Assembly: GCA_963835575.1 (NCBI GenBank)
Contig: CAWIGG010000002.1
Location: 1,280,001-1,344,000 of the forward strand
DNA length: 64,000 nucleotides
Direction: 5' to 3'
Source of the DNA: an uncultured Spirochaetota bacterium
GTDB taxonomy: Bacteria > Spirochaetota > Brevinematia > Brevinematales > JAOACQ01
Both the position numbers and the translations under genes were made by a program. The notes beneath the pieces were generated by a model, which was given only the letters and a program-made list of their open reading frames with translations, was not told the DNA's origin and made no database searches. Shown piece by piece: positions 30,807-40,461 of this stretch; the stretch's first letter is position 1; each line of letters begins with the position of its first letter.

Positions 30807-31050
30807 AACCACAGATTGCACTGATTTCACTGATTATTTCTGTTTTTAAAAAATAATAATTGAAAAAGTCTAAAATTATTTAAAACAAAAAAAACTAAAG
30901 TTTATTGGGGCATATTATTTCATCCTCTTTATCGTTTCCAGAATACTTGAACCCATTTCTTTATGAATTTCAATTGCGCAGTAATAATTTCATATATATT
31001 CTTGGATCATTTTCCCGGATCTATCTGTGAAATCTGTGTAATCTGTGGTT
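30807..31050. repeat. 9-bp-periodic inverted-repeat element enclosing a decayed GxxExxY gene fragment
   Basis: AACCACAGATT-GCACTGATT-TCACTGATT ... ATCTGTGA-AATCTGTGT-AATCTGTGGTT. Confidence 0.8.
30930..31017 (-). pseudogene. GxxExxY-family (PD-(D/E)XK-like) protein remnant
   Basis: Across frameshifts reads ENDPR / YEII / AIEIHKEMGSSILETI, resembling the family N-terminus AIEVHKELGPGLLESVY. Confidence 0.55.
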
Positions 31051-31066
31051 CCAAACCGACCGGACT

Positions 31067-31471
31067 TTAATCAAGCAGCCTTTTCTGGCCTTCGATATGC
31101 ATGATCTCTTCCACATCCTGCGTGCATTCCATACAGCCGATGTATTTGCCGCTGTCGTCGCGGAGGGCGTAGAATTCTATGAGAATCTTGTGTTTTTTCG
31201 CGTCATTCCCAACTGTTAAATCTATCCAGAAGCGCGCCTTGTCCCTTGTCCCCGCTTTCATTTCATTCACTATCTGTTCAACCTTGCCCAGGCTTTCCTT
31301 CGGGTGGCACTTCCTGAAATTCAGGCCCATGGAAGTCAGCGGTCTGAAGAACAGCCGTGTTTCATGCTTATTCCATGTCACAACTTCATCGTCCGCGTCT
31401 ATCACTGTTATTTCCATCGGGACTGTCTCCAGGATCGATTTGACCATGGTCTCGCTCATTTTATCGAGCAT
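31067..31471 (-). CDS. Stand-alone PAS-domain protein (PAS_10-like)
   Basis: ILETVPMEITVIDADDEV, CHPKES, FWID, FYALRDDSGKYIGCMECTQDV; GGAGG RBS. Confidence 0.85.
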   Translation of the reverse strand: MLDKMSETMVKSILETVPMEITVIDADDEVVTWNKHETRLFFRPLTSMGLNFRKCHPKESLGKVEQIVNEMKAGTRDKARFWIDLTVGNDAKKHKILIEFYALRDDSGKYIGCMECTQDVEEIMHIEGQKRLLD

Positions 31472-31596
31472 AAACGCCTCCTCATACTCATCAACATTAT
31501 TGAGCGATAATTATAACTGAGCAATCACTATTTTTCAAAATATGAGGAGTTGTCTCAATATTTTCTTATTTATTCCCGTATTAAATTAACCGGTCT

Positions 31597-31749
31597 TCCG
31601 CTAAGCCACGCTAAGTCACGCTAATTTTAAATTTGATTAAAAGACTTCCGATGTTATTCGCTATTCCAAATTTATTCGCACCAATTTGTATTGATAGTGG
31701 ATTTCCATTCCTAAGTTGTTCTTCGCGTCTATTCGCGTGCATTAGCGGA
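31597..31749. repeat. 10-bp-periodic inverted-repeat element
   Basis: TCCGCTAAGCCACGCTAAGTCACGCTAA ... TTCGCGTCTATTCGCGTGCATTAGCGGA. Confidence 0.7.
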
Positions 31750-31913
31750 TTATCCGATCCCCCTCTTTGATCTCAGCATAATTCCAGGATTTCTGATATG
31801 CGGTTTTTAAAAGAATAAATCTCATAAATAAAGCCGGTATATTCATATATATTTTATAAAAACTTCCGAAAAATAGAATGAATCATGGTATAATATCAGA
31901 GGGGAGAAAAGAG

Positions 31914-33971
31914 ATGAAATATACATTATCCCTGTTCATTATTTTGTGTTTCTTTACCCAGTTTTACGGGCAGGAAACACAAAAGAAAATCTATATGAAC
32001 ATACCCGGCTCCAAGGACAAAATCGACACTGAAGACATCATTCAAAAACTTCTTCTTATAAAAAAACTGCCGATGCAGAAAAAGGAATCGGAAATCCAGG
32101 ATTACAAACTGGAAAACGACCTGATCAAGGATTTTTCAAAATACCTCAGGGACCTGGATGAAAAATCCAGGGGCCTCTATGATTTTAAATCCCCCTTCCG
32201 CGAAATGGTGGGAAACTCTTCAGACGCCTCCGTGCTTGATGTCATAGCCGGACGAAAAGCGAAAAAAGAGGATTATAAAATCTTTGTCATGCAGACAGCC
32301 AAGCCGGATTCTTTTATGAGCGCCTCGACCCCGAAAAATAAAGCGCTGCCGCCATGCAGCTTCACGATCAGTATAGGCGGCACTGTTTATAAATTCAAAT
32401 TCTCCGGCGGCACCATAATCCAGCTTGCCGATTCGCTTCAGCAGCAGGCCCAGGACGCGCTGGACATCCGTCTTGTAAACGATACCGCTTCCACGGCCGT
32501 ACTGGTCATCAGCGGAAAACAGACCGGTGAAAAAAACAAGCTGAAATTCGACGGCGATGTCAAAGCCCTGATGGATATCAATCTGCTGGGCTTTAGCGAC
32601 GCGAAAACCGACGACCGGAAGATTGATTTCAGCCGTATTGTGGCAAAATCCGCCAATCCCATCAACGCTACAGCGAGAAGCGTTGAATTGAAGCCCGGCG
32701 ATGAAGGCGAAGTCGGCCTGTCCGATGAAAATATAAAGGTTGAAGACAATTCCATTCTCTATTTTAACGCCCGGATCGATCCGTTTAATCCGGAAGCCGC
32801 CCTGTCCAACGTCGATCTGACCAATCTGGACATTTCACTCATGGAGCCGGTCAAGGTCAGCAATGTCACAGTGGCCGGCGGAAGCCTCATTACATTTTAT
32901 GAGGAAAAAAAGGAACTGCCGCCTCTGGTCAGCAATTTTACCGAAATCCTGACGCTTAATTTCACCGACGGCACAGTCAAAACATATTTCATAGACGCTT
33001 CCGGCATGTTCAGCAACGCTTTGACCACTTATAAAGGAAAGACAGTTGAGAAAGCGGTTGTCCGGAATAAAAACACGGACCGTGAATTCATCATTTCAGA
33101 CGCGAGGATAGTCACAAAGATATCCGAAGGCGGGCTCCAGCCGAAAAACACCATCAGCAAGGCCTGCGACGCGATCATCAGCTTTGACGGAGTCGAAGTG
33201 AGAAGGGACAAAAATACCATTGAAGACCTTGTTGACGGCGTTACTTTAAATTTAAAGAATGAATCGAAAGACCCCGTCATGGTCAATATTGACCACGATT
33301 ATAAAAAGGTGGAGGATGCCGTACTGGCATGGGTGGACAGCTATAATAAAGCCATGGAATTTCTCTTTATCATCACAAAACCCAACCAGGACCGCACGCC
33401 CCTCAGCCAGAGAACCCCTGAAACCATGAAAGACGGCGTTTTTCAGACTGAAACCACATTACTGATCCTCAGGAATAAACTCCGATCAATCACATCAGAG
33501 CCGTATAAGACGGTTTATGAAAAAGCATTGAGCCTGCTTGAACAGATCGGGCTTTATACCAAGAAAACCGGGTCTTTCAGCTTGAGTTCAGATGAATGGA
33601 CTTCAGCCAAGATGGGCCTTCTGAATGTCGAGCTCGATAAATTCCACACGGTCCTGAAAACCAAATTTGACGGTGTTGAACAGCTGTTCGCCAATGATAC
33701 CGACGGAGACCTTGTAAAAGACTCGGGCGTCGCTGTAGCGGCCAACCAGAGCCTGAAATTAGGCATCGGCGCGGGCAGTTTTATAGATCGAAGGATAGCG
33801 TTTAATGACGCCAGAATTAAAGATGACCAGCGGGATATCGATAAAATGAACAGTGACCTTGCCAGCTATGAATTAGAGCAAAGAAAGAAATACGGCAGGA
33901 TGAACCAGGTGCTTTCCGAAACAGAAAATAAGCAGAAGTGGCTGAACAATCAGGTTAAAAGCCAGCAATAG
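31914..33971 (+). CDS. fliD: Flagellar filament cap protein FliD (spirochaete type) with signal-peptide-like N-terminal extension
   Basis: IPGSKDKIDTEDIIQKLL, SSDASVL, QTGEKNKLKF, DAIISFDGVEVRRDKNTIEDLVDGVTLNLK, WVDSYN, LFANDTDGDLVKDSGVA, C-terminal coiled coil. Confidence 0.88.
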   Translation: MKYTLSLFIILCFFTQFYGQETQKKIYMNIPGSKDKIDTEDIIQKLLLIKKLPMQKKESEIQDYKLENDLIKDFSKYLRDLDEKSRGLYDFKSPFREMVGNSSDASVLDVIAGRKAKKEDYKIFVMQTAKPDSFMSASTPKNKALPPCSFTISIGGTVYKFKFSGGTIIQLADSLQQQAQDALDIRLVNDTASTAVLVISGKQTGEKNKLKFDGDVKALMDINLLGFSDAKTDDRKIDFSRIVAKSANPINATARSVELKPGDEGEVGLSDENIKVEDNSILYFNARIDPFNPEAALSNVDLTNLDISLMEPVKVSNVTVAGGSLITFYEEKKELPPLVSNFTEILTLNFTDGTVKTYFIDASGMFSNALTTYKGKTVEKAVVRNKNTDREFIISDARIVTKISEGGLQPKNTISKACDAIISFDGVEVRRDKNTIEDLVDGVTLNLKNESKDPVMVNIDHDYKKVEDAVLAWVDSYNKAMEFLFIITKPNQDRTPLSQRTPETMKDGVFQTETTLLILRNKLRSITSEPYKTVYEKALSLLEQIGLYTKKTGSFSLSSDEWTSAKMGLLNVELDKFHTVLKTKFDGVEQLFANDTDGDLVKDSGVAVAANQSLKLGIGAGSFIDRRIAFNDARIKDDQRDIDKMNSDLASYELEQRKKYGRMNQVLSETENKQKWLNNQVKSQQ

Positions 33972-33988
33972 CGAATAAGGGGCGGATT

Positions 33989-34213
33989 ATGAGCGAAGAA
34001 GGGAAAACCATCGGTAAAGTGGAAAACGGCAATATTCTTATCAGCATCATTGAGTTCAAGGATAAAAGATACCTCGACATCAGGAAATATTTCGCTGATG
34101 ATCATGAGGAACTCAAGCCGACAAAAAAAGGGATCGCTTTAAATAAGGATCAGTTTGAGTCTGTGCTCAAAATCCTCAATGAAAAAAAGGGCGATATAGA
34201 TAGTTCATTGTAA
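33989..34213 (+). CDS. PC4/p15-family ssDNA-binding protein
   Basis: ISIIEFKDKRYLDIRKYF...KPTKKGIAL. Confidence 0.88.
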   Translation: MSEEGKTIGKVENGNILISIIEFKDKRYLDIRKYFADDHEELKPTKKGIALNKDQFESVLKILNEKKGDIDSSL

Positions 34214-34258
34214 AATAAATAAAAACTTATCGAAAAACAATGAATTTCAAAACAAAGT

Positions 34259-34405
34259 CCGTCTTTGCGAGCACCTTGCTTTATACTCTGCCAAAAACTT
34301 TAGTGCGAAGCAATCTGTCTGCAAATAAAGCAATCTAATGATTTGACAGATTGCTTCGCGCTGTAGTCAGTGGCAAAGGAAATATCCGGTTGCTCGCAAA
34401 GACGG
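34259..34405. repeat. ~147-bp double-hairpin REP/MITE-like element, copy 1
   Basis: Outer IR CCGTCTTTGCGAGCA/TGCTCGCAAAGACGG, inner IR GCGAAGCAATCTGTC/GACAGATTGCTTCGC. Confidence 0.85.
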
Positions 34406-34410
34406 CTTTA

Positions 34411-35034
34411 TCACTTATCCTTTTTCCAGTACATTTTCCAGTATTTTTCCATAAGGACGACCGTTTCCTGATCAAGAGGGTTGCCGCTTTTTTTCAGATT
34501 GTTAATGATAAGGCGGAGCTTGCCCTCGCTGAGCTGCTGGCCGAATTTAAATTTGGCTGTCATATCCGTAATCTCGATTTTAATGACCGCAGTTCTCGCC
34601 AGCATATTCTTGTAATCATGTTTGTCTTCTTCAATTTTTTCATAATGTCCTTCAGGCTGAAAAACCCGCATCATTTCATTCAGAACATTGATCTTTTCCT
34701 CCATCGCTTCCACAATTTCAGCTCTGCCGTTTATCATAACAGATTTATAAAGCTGGCTGGCGGAACAGGCCATATCGGCATCCAGAAAATAGGAAGGAAT
34801 GTAGGAATATTCCTTAATGACCGTAAACTGCACGGAAGGCTCCGTCCGGATAATATCCATTTTCTTCCCTTCAAGCGATGAATGAAAGTAGATGGATTTC
34901 TGGAAATAGATGTAATTTAAAGGGACCGCGTACGGTTTCTCTTCATTAATAAGGGCCAGTATACCTATCCTGCATTTTTTCAAGAAATCATTAATGTCCG
35001 TTTGATCAGTCACATTAAATTCTTCTCTTCTCAA
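34411..35034 (-). CDS. Pyridoxamine 5'-phosphate oxidase-like flavin-binding protein (NimA-like)
   Basis: MRREEF, PYAVPLNY, IYFHSSLEGKK, YKSVMINGRA, AKFKFGQ. Confidence 0.88.
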   Translation of the reverse strand: MRREEFNVTDQTDINDFLKKCRIGILALINEEKPYAVPLNYIYFQKSIYFHSSLEGKKMDIIRTEPSVQFTVIKEYSYIPSYFLDADMACSASQLYKSVMINGRAEIVEAMEEKINVLNEMMRVFQPEGHYEKIEEDKHDYKNMLARTAVIKIEITDMTAKFKFGQQLSEGKLRLIINNLKKSGNPLDQETVVLMEKYWKMYWKKDK

Positions 35035-35042
35035 TTAAACCT

Positions 35043-36773
35043 CTATTTTGCCTTTTTTTCTTTCTTGGCCCATGTATCCGACAGAGAGACGGTCCTGTTG
35101 AATACAATCTTACCCTCCGCGCTGTCCATGTCAGCGCAGAAATAACCCTGGCGGAGGAACTGGAAGCGTTCGCCCGGCTTTACTTCTGAGAGTGAAGGCT
35201 CCGCCTTGCAGTTCTTTATGACAACCAGTGAATTTTGATTAATGGTATTTTTATAATCCTGACCGTCCTTTTCCTCGCCCGGATTTTCTAATATAAAAAG
35301 ATGGTCATAGAGCCTGACTTCCATATCCACGGCATGTCCGGCGGAAACCCAATGGGATGTTCCCATGACCTTGCGCCCGTCAGAAGACCAGCCGCCCTTT
35401 GATTCCGGATCATAAGTGCAGTGAAGCTCCAGTATTTCCCCGGTTTTTTTGTCCTTGATAACATCAACGCATTTAATATAATAAGCATGCTTCAGGCGTA
35501 TCTCCCTCCCGGGAGCGAGGCGGAAAAAATCCTTCGGCGGGTCTTCGCGGAAATCTTCCTTTTCTATATAGATGACTTTAGAAAACGGCACTTTCCTTTT
35601 GCCTGTTTCCGGGTCCTCCGGATTATTATCGGCGTCAAATTCCTCAACCTGACCTTCAGGATAATTATCGATGACAACGCGGAGCGGGTTCAGTACGGCC
35701 ATCCTGCGGAGGGCCCTTTTATTGAGGTCTTCCCTCAGACAGTGCTCCAGAAGGGCTATATCGACGATGCTGTTCGCCTTGGCCACGCCGATGCGGTCGC
35801 AGAACTCACGGATCGCCTCGGGCGTATAACCGCGCCTGCGCAGGCCGGAAAGCGTAGGCATCCTCGGGTCGTCCCAGCCGCTGACAAAATTGCCCTTGAC
35901 GAGCTCCAGAAGCTTGCGCTTGCTCATAACGGTATGATTGAGGTTCAGCCTGGCGAACTCGATCTGCTTCGGCCTCGGCTTGAACTTGAGCGTGTCCAGG
36001 GTCCAGTCGTACAGGGGCCTGTGATCCTCGAATTCAAGGGTGCAGATGGAATGCGTGATCCCCTCCAGCGCGTCTGAAATGGGATGGGCGTAATCGTACA
36101 TAGGGTAGACGCACCATTTGTCCCCGGTCCTGTGATGCGTGCTGCGGAGGATGCGGTATATGACAGGGTCGCGCATATTCAGGTTCGGCGACGCCATATC
36201 GATCTTCGCGCGGAGAGTGCGCGAACCGTCCGGGAATTCACCGGCCTTCATTCCCTCGAACAGCTTGAGGTTCTCTTCAGCGCTCCTGTTCCGGAAAGGG
36301 CTTTCCTTTCCGGGTTCTTTTAATGTCCCGCGGTATTCCCTGACCTGGTCGGCCGACAGGTCGCAGACATAGGCCTTTCCCATTTTGATCAGTTCCACCG
36401 CGTAATTGTATAATTCGCCGTAATAATCGGAAGCGTAAAAAAGCCGGTCCTGCCAATAGAAACCGAGCCACTTGACGTCTTCCATGATCGATTCCACGTA
36501 TTCGATGTCCTCTTTGGATGGATTGGTGTCGTCAAAGCGGAGATTGCAGAGACCGTTATTATTGGCCGCCGTGCCGAAATTCAGGCAGATGGACTTGGCA
36601 TGCCCGATATGGAGGTAGCCGTTCGGCTCCGGTGGAAAACGCGTGTGCACCTTGCCGCCGTAGGTATTATTCTTCATATCCTCGTTGATGATCAATTGAA
36701 TAAAATTAGTGGGAAGGGAGCTTTCCCCCTCCGGCTTTATCTCATTTTTATTAAACTCTTCATTTTTATTCAT
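35043..36773 (-). CDS. glnS: Glutamine--tRNA ligase
   Basis: [65 protein letters not shown]. Confidence 0.97.
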   Translation of the reverse strand: MNKNEEFNKNEIKPEGESSLPTNFIQLIINEDMKNNTYGGKVHTRFPPEPNGYLHIGHAKSICLNFGTAANNNGLCNLRFDDTNPSKEDIEYVESIMEDVKWLGFYWQDRLFYASDYYGELYNYAVELIKMGKAYVCDLSADQVREYRGTLKEPGKESPFRNRSAEENLKLFEGMKAGEFPDGSRTLRAKIDMASPNLNMRDPVIYRILRSTHHRTGDKWCVYPMYDYAHPISDALEGITHSICTLEFEDHRPLYDWTLDTLKFKPRPKQIEFARLNLNHTVMSKRKLLELVKGNFVSGWDDPRMPTLSGLRRRGYTPEAIREFCDRIGVAKANSIVDIALLEHCLREDLNKRALRRMAVLNPLRVVIDNYPEGQVEEFDADNNPEDPETGKRKVPFSKVIYIEKEDFREDPPKDFFRLAPGREIRLKHAYYIKCVDVIKDKKTGEILELHCTYDPESKGGWSSDGRKVMGTSHWVSAGHAVDMEVRLYDHLFILENPGEEKDGQDYKNTINQNSLVVIKNCKAEPSLSEVKPGERFQFLRQGYFCADMDSAEGKIVFNRTVSLSDTWAKKEKKAK

Positions 36774-36888
36774 AACTTATTTCCCCTTTATTTTTTTACA
36801 AAATAATTGATGCTGCAATTCTTTATTATAATATCCTATTATTCTTAAGTTTGATTAGGCTTTCCAGACTGTATTAAAAGTTTAAAAA

Positions 36889-37040
36889 CGCTCCCTGAGT
36901 GTGTCCTCCCTGCTTTTACGCTTGTACTTGCGGTGAGCTTGCCGAATCCGTCGAAGGGAGCATATGTTAATGTTCCCTTCGATACAATTTGCCTTCGGCA
37001 AATCACACTTCGATGAACTCAGTGCGGCGCTCAGGGAACG
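36889..37040. repeat. Double-hairpin REP-like element (CCTGAG..TCGAAGGG / CCCTTCGA..CTCAGG) with nested micro-insertions
   Basis: Outer CGCTCCCTGAG/CTCAGGGAACG, inner TCGAAGGGAGC/GTTCCCTTCGA; inserts at about 36927-36949 and 37008-37028. Confidence 0.75.
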
Positions 37041-37212
37041 ATCTTTCACATAGTCTGATCGCTTAAAACATGTAACATTTATGATAACTCTAGATTTAAT
37101 CGGAATTTCTAAGATTACTTTCCGTAATATTATCCATAAAATATTTATTATATAAATATTTTAAATGATTCCCGAGGATTTCTCAATTATTGTTCATATC
37201 GGCAGGCCGAAC

Positions 37213-37241
37213 TTGAAATAATTCCACAGGCACTCTAAAAT
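37213..37241 (+). promoter_or_regulatory. Putative sigma70 promoter of gltX
   Basis: TTGAAA-17 bp-TAAAAT; AAGGAG RBS. Confidence 0.55.
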
Positions 37242-37266
37242 AATAGGATTGTAAAAGGAGTATTGA

Positions 37267-38727
37267 ATGATCAGAACACGCTTTGCGCCGTCGCCGACGG
37301 GAAAACTTCATGTCGGAAACGTCAGGACCGCTTTATTCGCCTATCTTTACGCTAAACACACGAACGGGAAATTCGTCCTGCGGATTGAAGACACGGATAT
37401 GGACCGCTCGCACCCCGAGTACACCGAAAAGCTGATGAACGACCTCCTCTGGCTCGGCCTGGAATGGGACGAAGGCCCGAGGAAAGGCGGCCCCGCCGGC
37501 AGCTACCTGCAGAGCGAACGGCTTCCCATATATAATGAATACGCGCAGAAACTCATCCAGGAAGGCCGCGCCTTCCACTGCTACTGTACTCCTGAGGAAG
37601 TTGAGGAGAGAAAAGCGAAGCTGACCGCCGAAGGCAAACCTCCGGTTTACGACGGCAAATGCCGGCATCTAAAGCCGGCGCAGGTCAAAAAGTTCGAAGC
37701 CGAGGGGCGCAAGCCCGTCGTCCGCTTCATCGCCTATGATGAGGACTTCAGTTTTGAGGACAAGGTCAAAGGGCTCGTGAAATTCCCGAAAGGAATGGTC
37801 GGCGATTTTGTTATCGTCAGGGCCAACGGCGTTCCCGTTTATAACTACGCCGTGGTCGTGGACGACGCGCTGATGCAGATCACGCATGTGCTGAGGGCCG
37901 ACGAGCATCTTTCCAACACCGTGCGCCAACTGATGCTCTACAAGGCGCTCGGCTTTGAAGCGCCTTTGTTCGCCCATATGGCGCTTGTTCTGGGAACTGA
38001 CAAGCAGAAACTCTCCAAGAGGCATGGAGCGACGAGCGTCGACGAATTCCAGAACCTCGGCTACCTTCCGGACGCGCTTATCAACTACCTCGCCCTTCTC
38101 GGCTGGTCCAGCCCGGACGGCAAGGAAATACTTTCCCGGGAAGAGCTTATCAAGCTTTTCGATATCAGCCGCCTTTCGCCCAGCCCGGCGGTTTTCGACA
38201 CCGCCAAAATGGACTGGATCGCCAAGCATTATATCATCAATGAAGATATCGAGAAAATATATGAGATAGCCGTCCCTTTTATCAAACAAACCGGACTGAT
38301 CGACGACAATTATCTTCATACATTTGATAACCGCGCCTTCCTCAAGGGCGTGCTGGAACTGACGCGCGGGTACTGCTCGCACCTTTCCGAGATCAAGGCC
38401 CATATCAGCTACTTCCTGACGGACGAGTTTGAAATAAGCGAAGACGCCATGGCCGTCCTTAAGAAACCGGAATCGGGCAAGGTCATCGATAAATTCGACG
38501 AGCTGATCGGGAATGAAAGCCGCGATATCACCGAGGAGGTCTTCACCGGGATCATCACAAAGATCATAAGCGAAACCGGGATCAAGGGTAAAAACCTCTT
38601 TCTCCCCCTCCGTGCCGCGCTGACCGGACGGACGCAGGGACCGGAAACCTATTTTCTCATCCCCGTTATCGGTAAAGAAAGAACGCAAAAGCGCCTGAAA
38701 AAGGCGTCGGCGTTCTCAAAAGCATAA
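37267..38727 (+). CDS. gltX: Glutamate--tRNA ligase
   Basis: RFAPSPTGKLHVGN, LRIEDTD, CYC...YDGKCRH, YNYAVVVDD, KLSKRHGA, LALLGW, PLRAALTG. Confidence 0.97.
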   Translation: MIRTRFAPSPTGKLHVGNVRTALFAYLYAKHTNGKFVLRIEDTDMDRSHPEYTEKLMNDLLWLGLEWDEGPRKGGPAGSYLQSERLPIYNEYAQKLIQEGRAFHCYCTPEEVEERKAKLTAEGKPPVYDGKCRHLKPAQVKKFEAEGRKPVVRFIAYDEDFSFEDKVKGLVKFPKGMVGDFVIVRANGVPVYNYAVVVDDALMQITHVLRADEHLSNTVRQLMLYKALGFEAPLFAHMALVLGTDKQKLSKRHGATSVDEFQNLGYLPDALINYLALLGWSSPDGKEILSREELIKLFDISRLSPSPAVFDTAKMDWIAKHYIINEDIEKIYEIAVPFIKQTGLIDDNYLHTFDNRAFLKGVLELTRGYCSHLSEIKAHISYFLTDEFEISEDAMAVLKKPESGKVIDKFDELIGNESRDITEEVFTGIITKIISETGIKGKNLFLPLRAALTGRTQGPETYFLIPVIGKERTQKRLKKASAFSKA

Positions 38728-38785
38728 AATTAACTGGAAAATGGAAGACAGTAAGATAGCCGAAAAACTTAATAACAAATAATTT

Positions 38786-38866
38786 CACACAGAGTTCACG
38801 GAGTTTCCGTTTGGTAAATTTCTCTCTTTATTTAAAATTTAAAATATCTCTGTGAGCTCTGTGAGA
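38786..38866. repeat. 9-bp-periodic inverted-repeat element (empty)
   Basis: CACACAGAGTTCACGGAG ... TCTCTGTGAGCTCTGTGAG. Confidence 0.7.
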
Positions 38867-38938
38867 AAAATGAATAATAATCAGTAGAGTTTTAAAATCT
38901 AAATTCAATAAACAATATTGTAAGTGAAGGAAAAAAAT

Positions 38939-39988
38939 ATGAAACTGCACCATATCGGCATCGAAGTCAAAGACAGCTACAAAATGGAACTGTTCTATAG
39001 AAAGTATTTTCAATTCAAAACCGTCTACCGCTATGTCAGCGTCCATCAGCAGGGCCTCCGGACCGTCATTCTCGAAAAGGACGGATTCCATATTGAGCTT
39101 ATGGAAAGGCCCGAAAATGAAATGAATACAAAAAAAGCCTTTCATATTTCGCTCGAGGCGAAAGACGTCCGGTCGGAATATTCCCGTCTGAAATCCCTGG
39201 AAGCGGCCGGTATAAAAGAACCGCGAGAAACAGGCGACGGATTCCTGGAAATGGAACTTAAAGACCCCGAGGGGAATATTATCGAGATTTCCAGAAGGAT
39301 TAAGCCCGTCCCCTGCTGCCCCATCAAAGCTGTCATCTTCGACCTCGACGGGACCGTCATCGACAGCGAGGGGAATTATTACGAGGCCGACAAGCTGATG
39401 ATGACCGATTACGGTGTCCCTTTCACGAAGGAAATGAAAAACAGGTACGTCGGCACCGGCAACCTGGAGATGATCAAGGACATCCGCAAACAATACGATA
39501 TAAAAGATTCCGTCGAGAACATGCTGAATAAGAAAAACGACTATTACCTTCAGATCGCCCGGACAAATACTCATGTCTTCACGGAAATGAAAAAGTTCAT
39601 TGAGCTACTTAAAAAGGCCGGATATAAACTGGCCATAGCCTCCGGCTCATCACCCCGGATACTTGACGAAATCATAGCCCTGACGGGGATTCAGGACTAT
39701 TTTTCAGCCGTCGTATCAGCCGAGACGTCTGCCAGGGGCAAACCCGCGCCTGACGTTTTCCTGGATGCGGCGCGCCGCTTGAAAATAGAGCCGCAATACT
39801 GCGCCGTCGTCGAGGATTCGCAGTACGGCGTCGAAGCGGCAAAAAGGGCTTTTATGCCGTGCATAGCCATTCCTTATATAACGCAGGCGCCGCTCGCGGA
39901 CAGCTTTTATATGGCGGAGCTTCTTTTTGAAAAAGGCATCAGCGCATTTAATACGAAGAAAGCCTTTAAGTGGGTACGCTCTTTCTAG
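38939..39988 (+). CDS. VOC/glyoxalase domain fused to HAD-family phosphatase (beta-PGM-like)
   Basis: LHHIGIEVKD, HISL, KDPEGNIIEI; then IFDLDGTVIDSE, IASGS, GKPAPDVF, VEDSQYGV. Confidence 0.88.
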   Translation: MKLHHIGIEVKDSYKMELFYRKYFQFKTVYRYVSVHQQGLRTVILEKDGFHIELMERPENEMNTKKAFHISLEAKDVRSEYSRLKSLEAAGIKEPRETGDGFLEMELKDPEGNIIEISRRIKPVPCCPIKAVIFDLDGTVIDSEGNYYEADKLMMTDYGVPFTKEMKNRYVGTGNLEMIKDIRKQYDIKDSVENMLNKKNDYYLQIARTNTHVFTEMKKFIELLKKAGYKLAIASGSSPRILDEIIALTGIQDYFSAVVSAETSARGKPAPDVFLDAARRLKIEPQYCAVVEDSQYGVEAAKRAFMPCIAIPYITQAPLADSFYMAELLFEKGISAFNTKKAFKWVRSF

Positions 39989-39994
39989 GATTTG

Positions 39995-40385
39995 CCACGG
40001 AGGCACAGAAAGCGCGGAGATCGCTTTCACCTCAATTCTTTACAGCTATAAAAAAAGATTTTTATAAACAACTCCTTCATATAATATCCGATTCTGCACA
40101 CGGATGACGCGGATGCAGCGGATTTTAAAGGATTTAGTTTTATGCTGAGTGGCTTTTTAATTCAATCCAGGCTTTAATAAACCGAGGGCACAAAGGGAGA
40201 CGGAAGGATTGGACAGGTGGGCTACGCCCGGCGGACAAAATATTTTATGGAAGTGCCCCGCTTTTATTTGATTAAAGCTGTCGTAATGACCCCAATTTCA
40301 CAGGATTTTCACGGATGAAAGCGGATGGATTCGGCAAGACTTCGGCAGGCTCAGTCCGACGGCTCACCACAAGTTTTCACGGATT
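39995..40385 (+). repeat. Cluster of unpaired CACGGA-periodic arms plus a nested micro-element
   Basis: CCACGGAGGCACAGAAAGCGCGGA (39996), CACACGGATGACGCGGATGCAGCGGAT (40097), CACAGGATTTTCACGGATGAAAGCGGAT[insert]TTTCACGGAT (40299). Confidence 0.6.
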
Positions 40386-40461
40386 ATCTATAAATTCACA
40401 ATTTATCTGATTTGACATAATGAGTTATCATGATATAAAATTAATGATAGGAGATAATGAT

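Noticed and set aside
36774..37266. T-box leader for glnS or gltX
   Set aside because: No T-box consensus seen, the gltX promoter is only about 25 bp from its start, and the structure present is the repeat element.
35421..39574. Long antisense ORFs (35421-36077, 37669-38688, 38828-39574; similarly 25652-26482 and 51696-52388)
   Set aside because: They shadow well-supported genes on the opposite strand, arise from GC-rich codon usage, and show no motifs.
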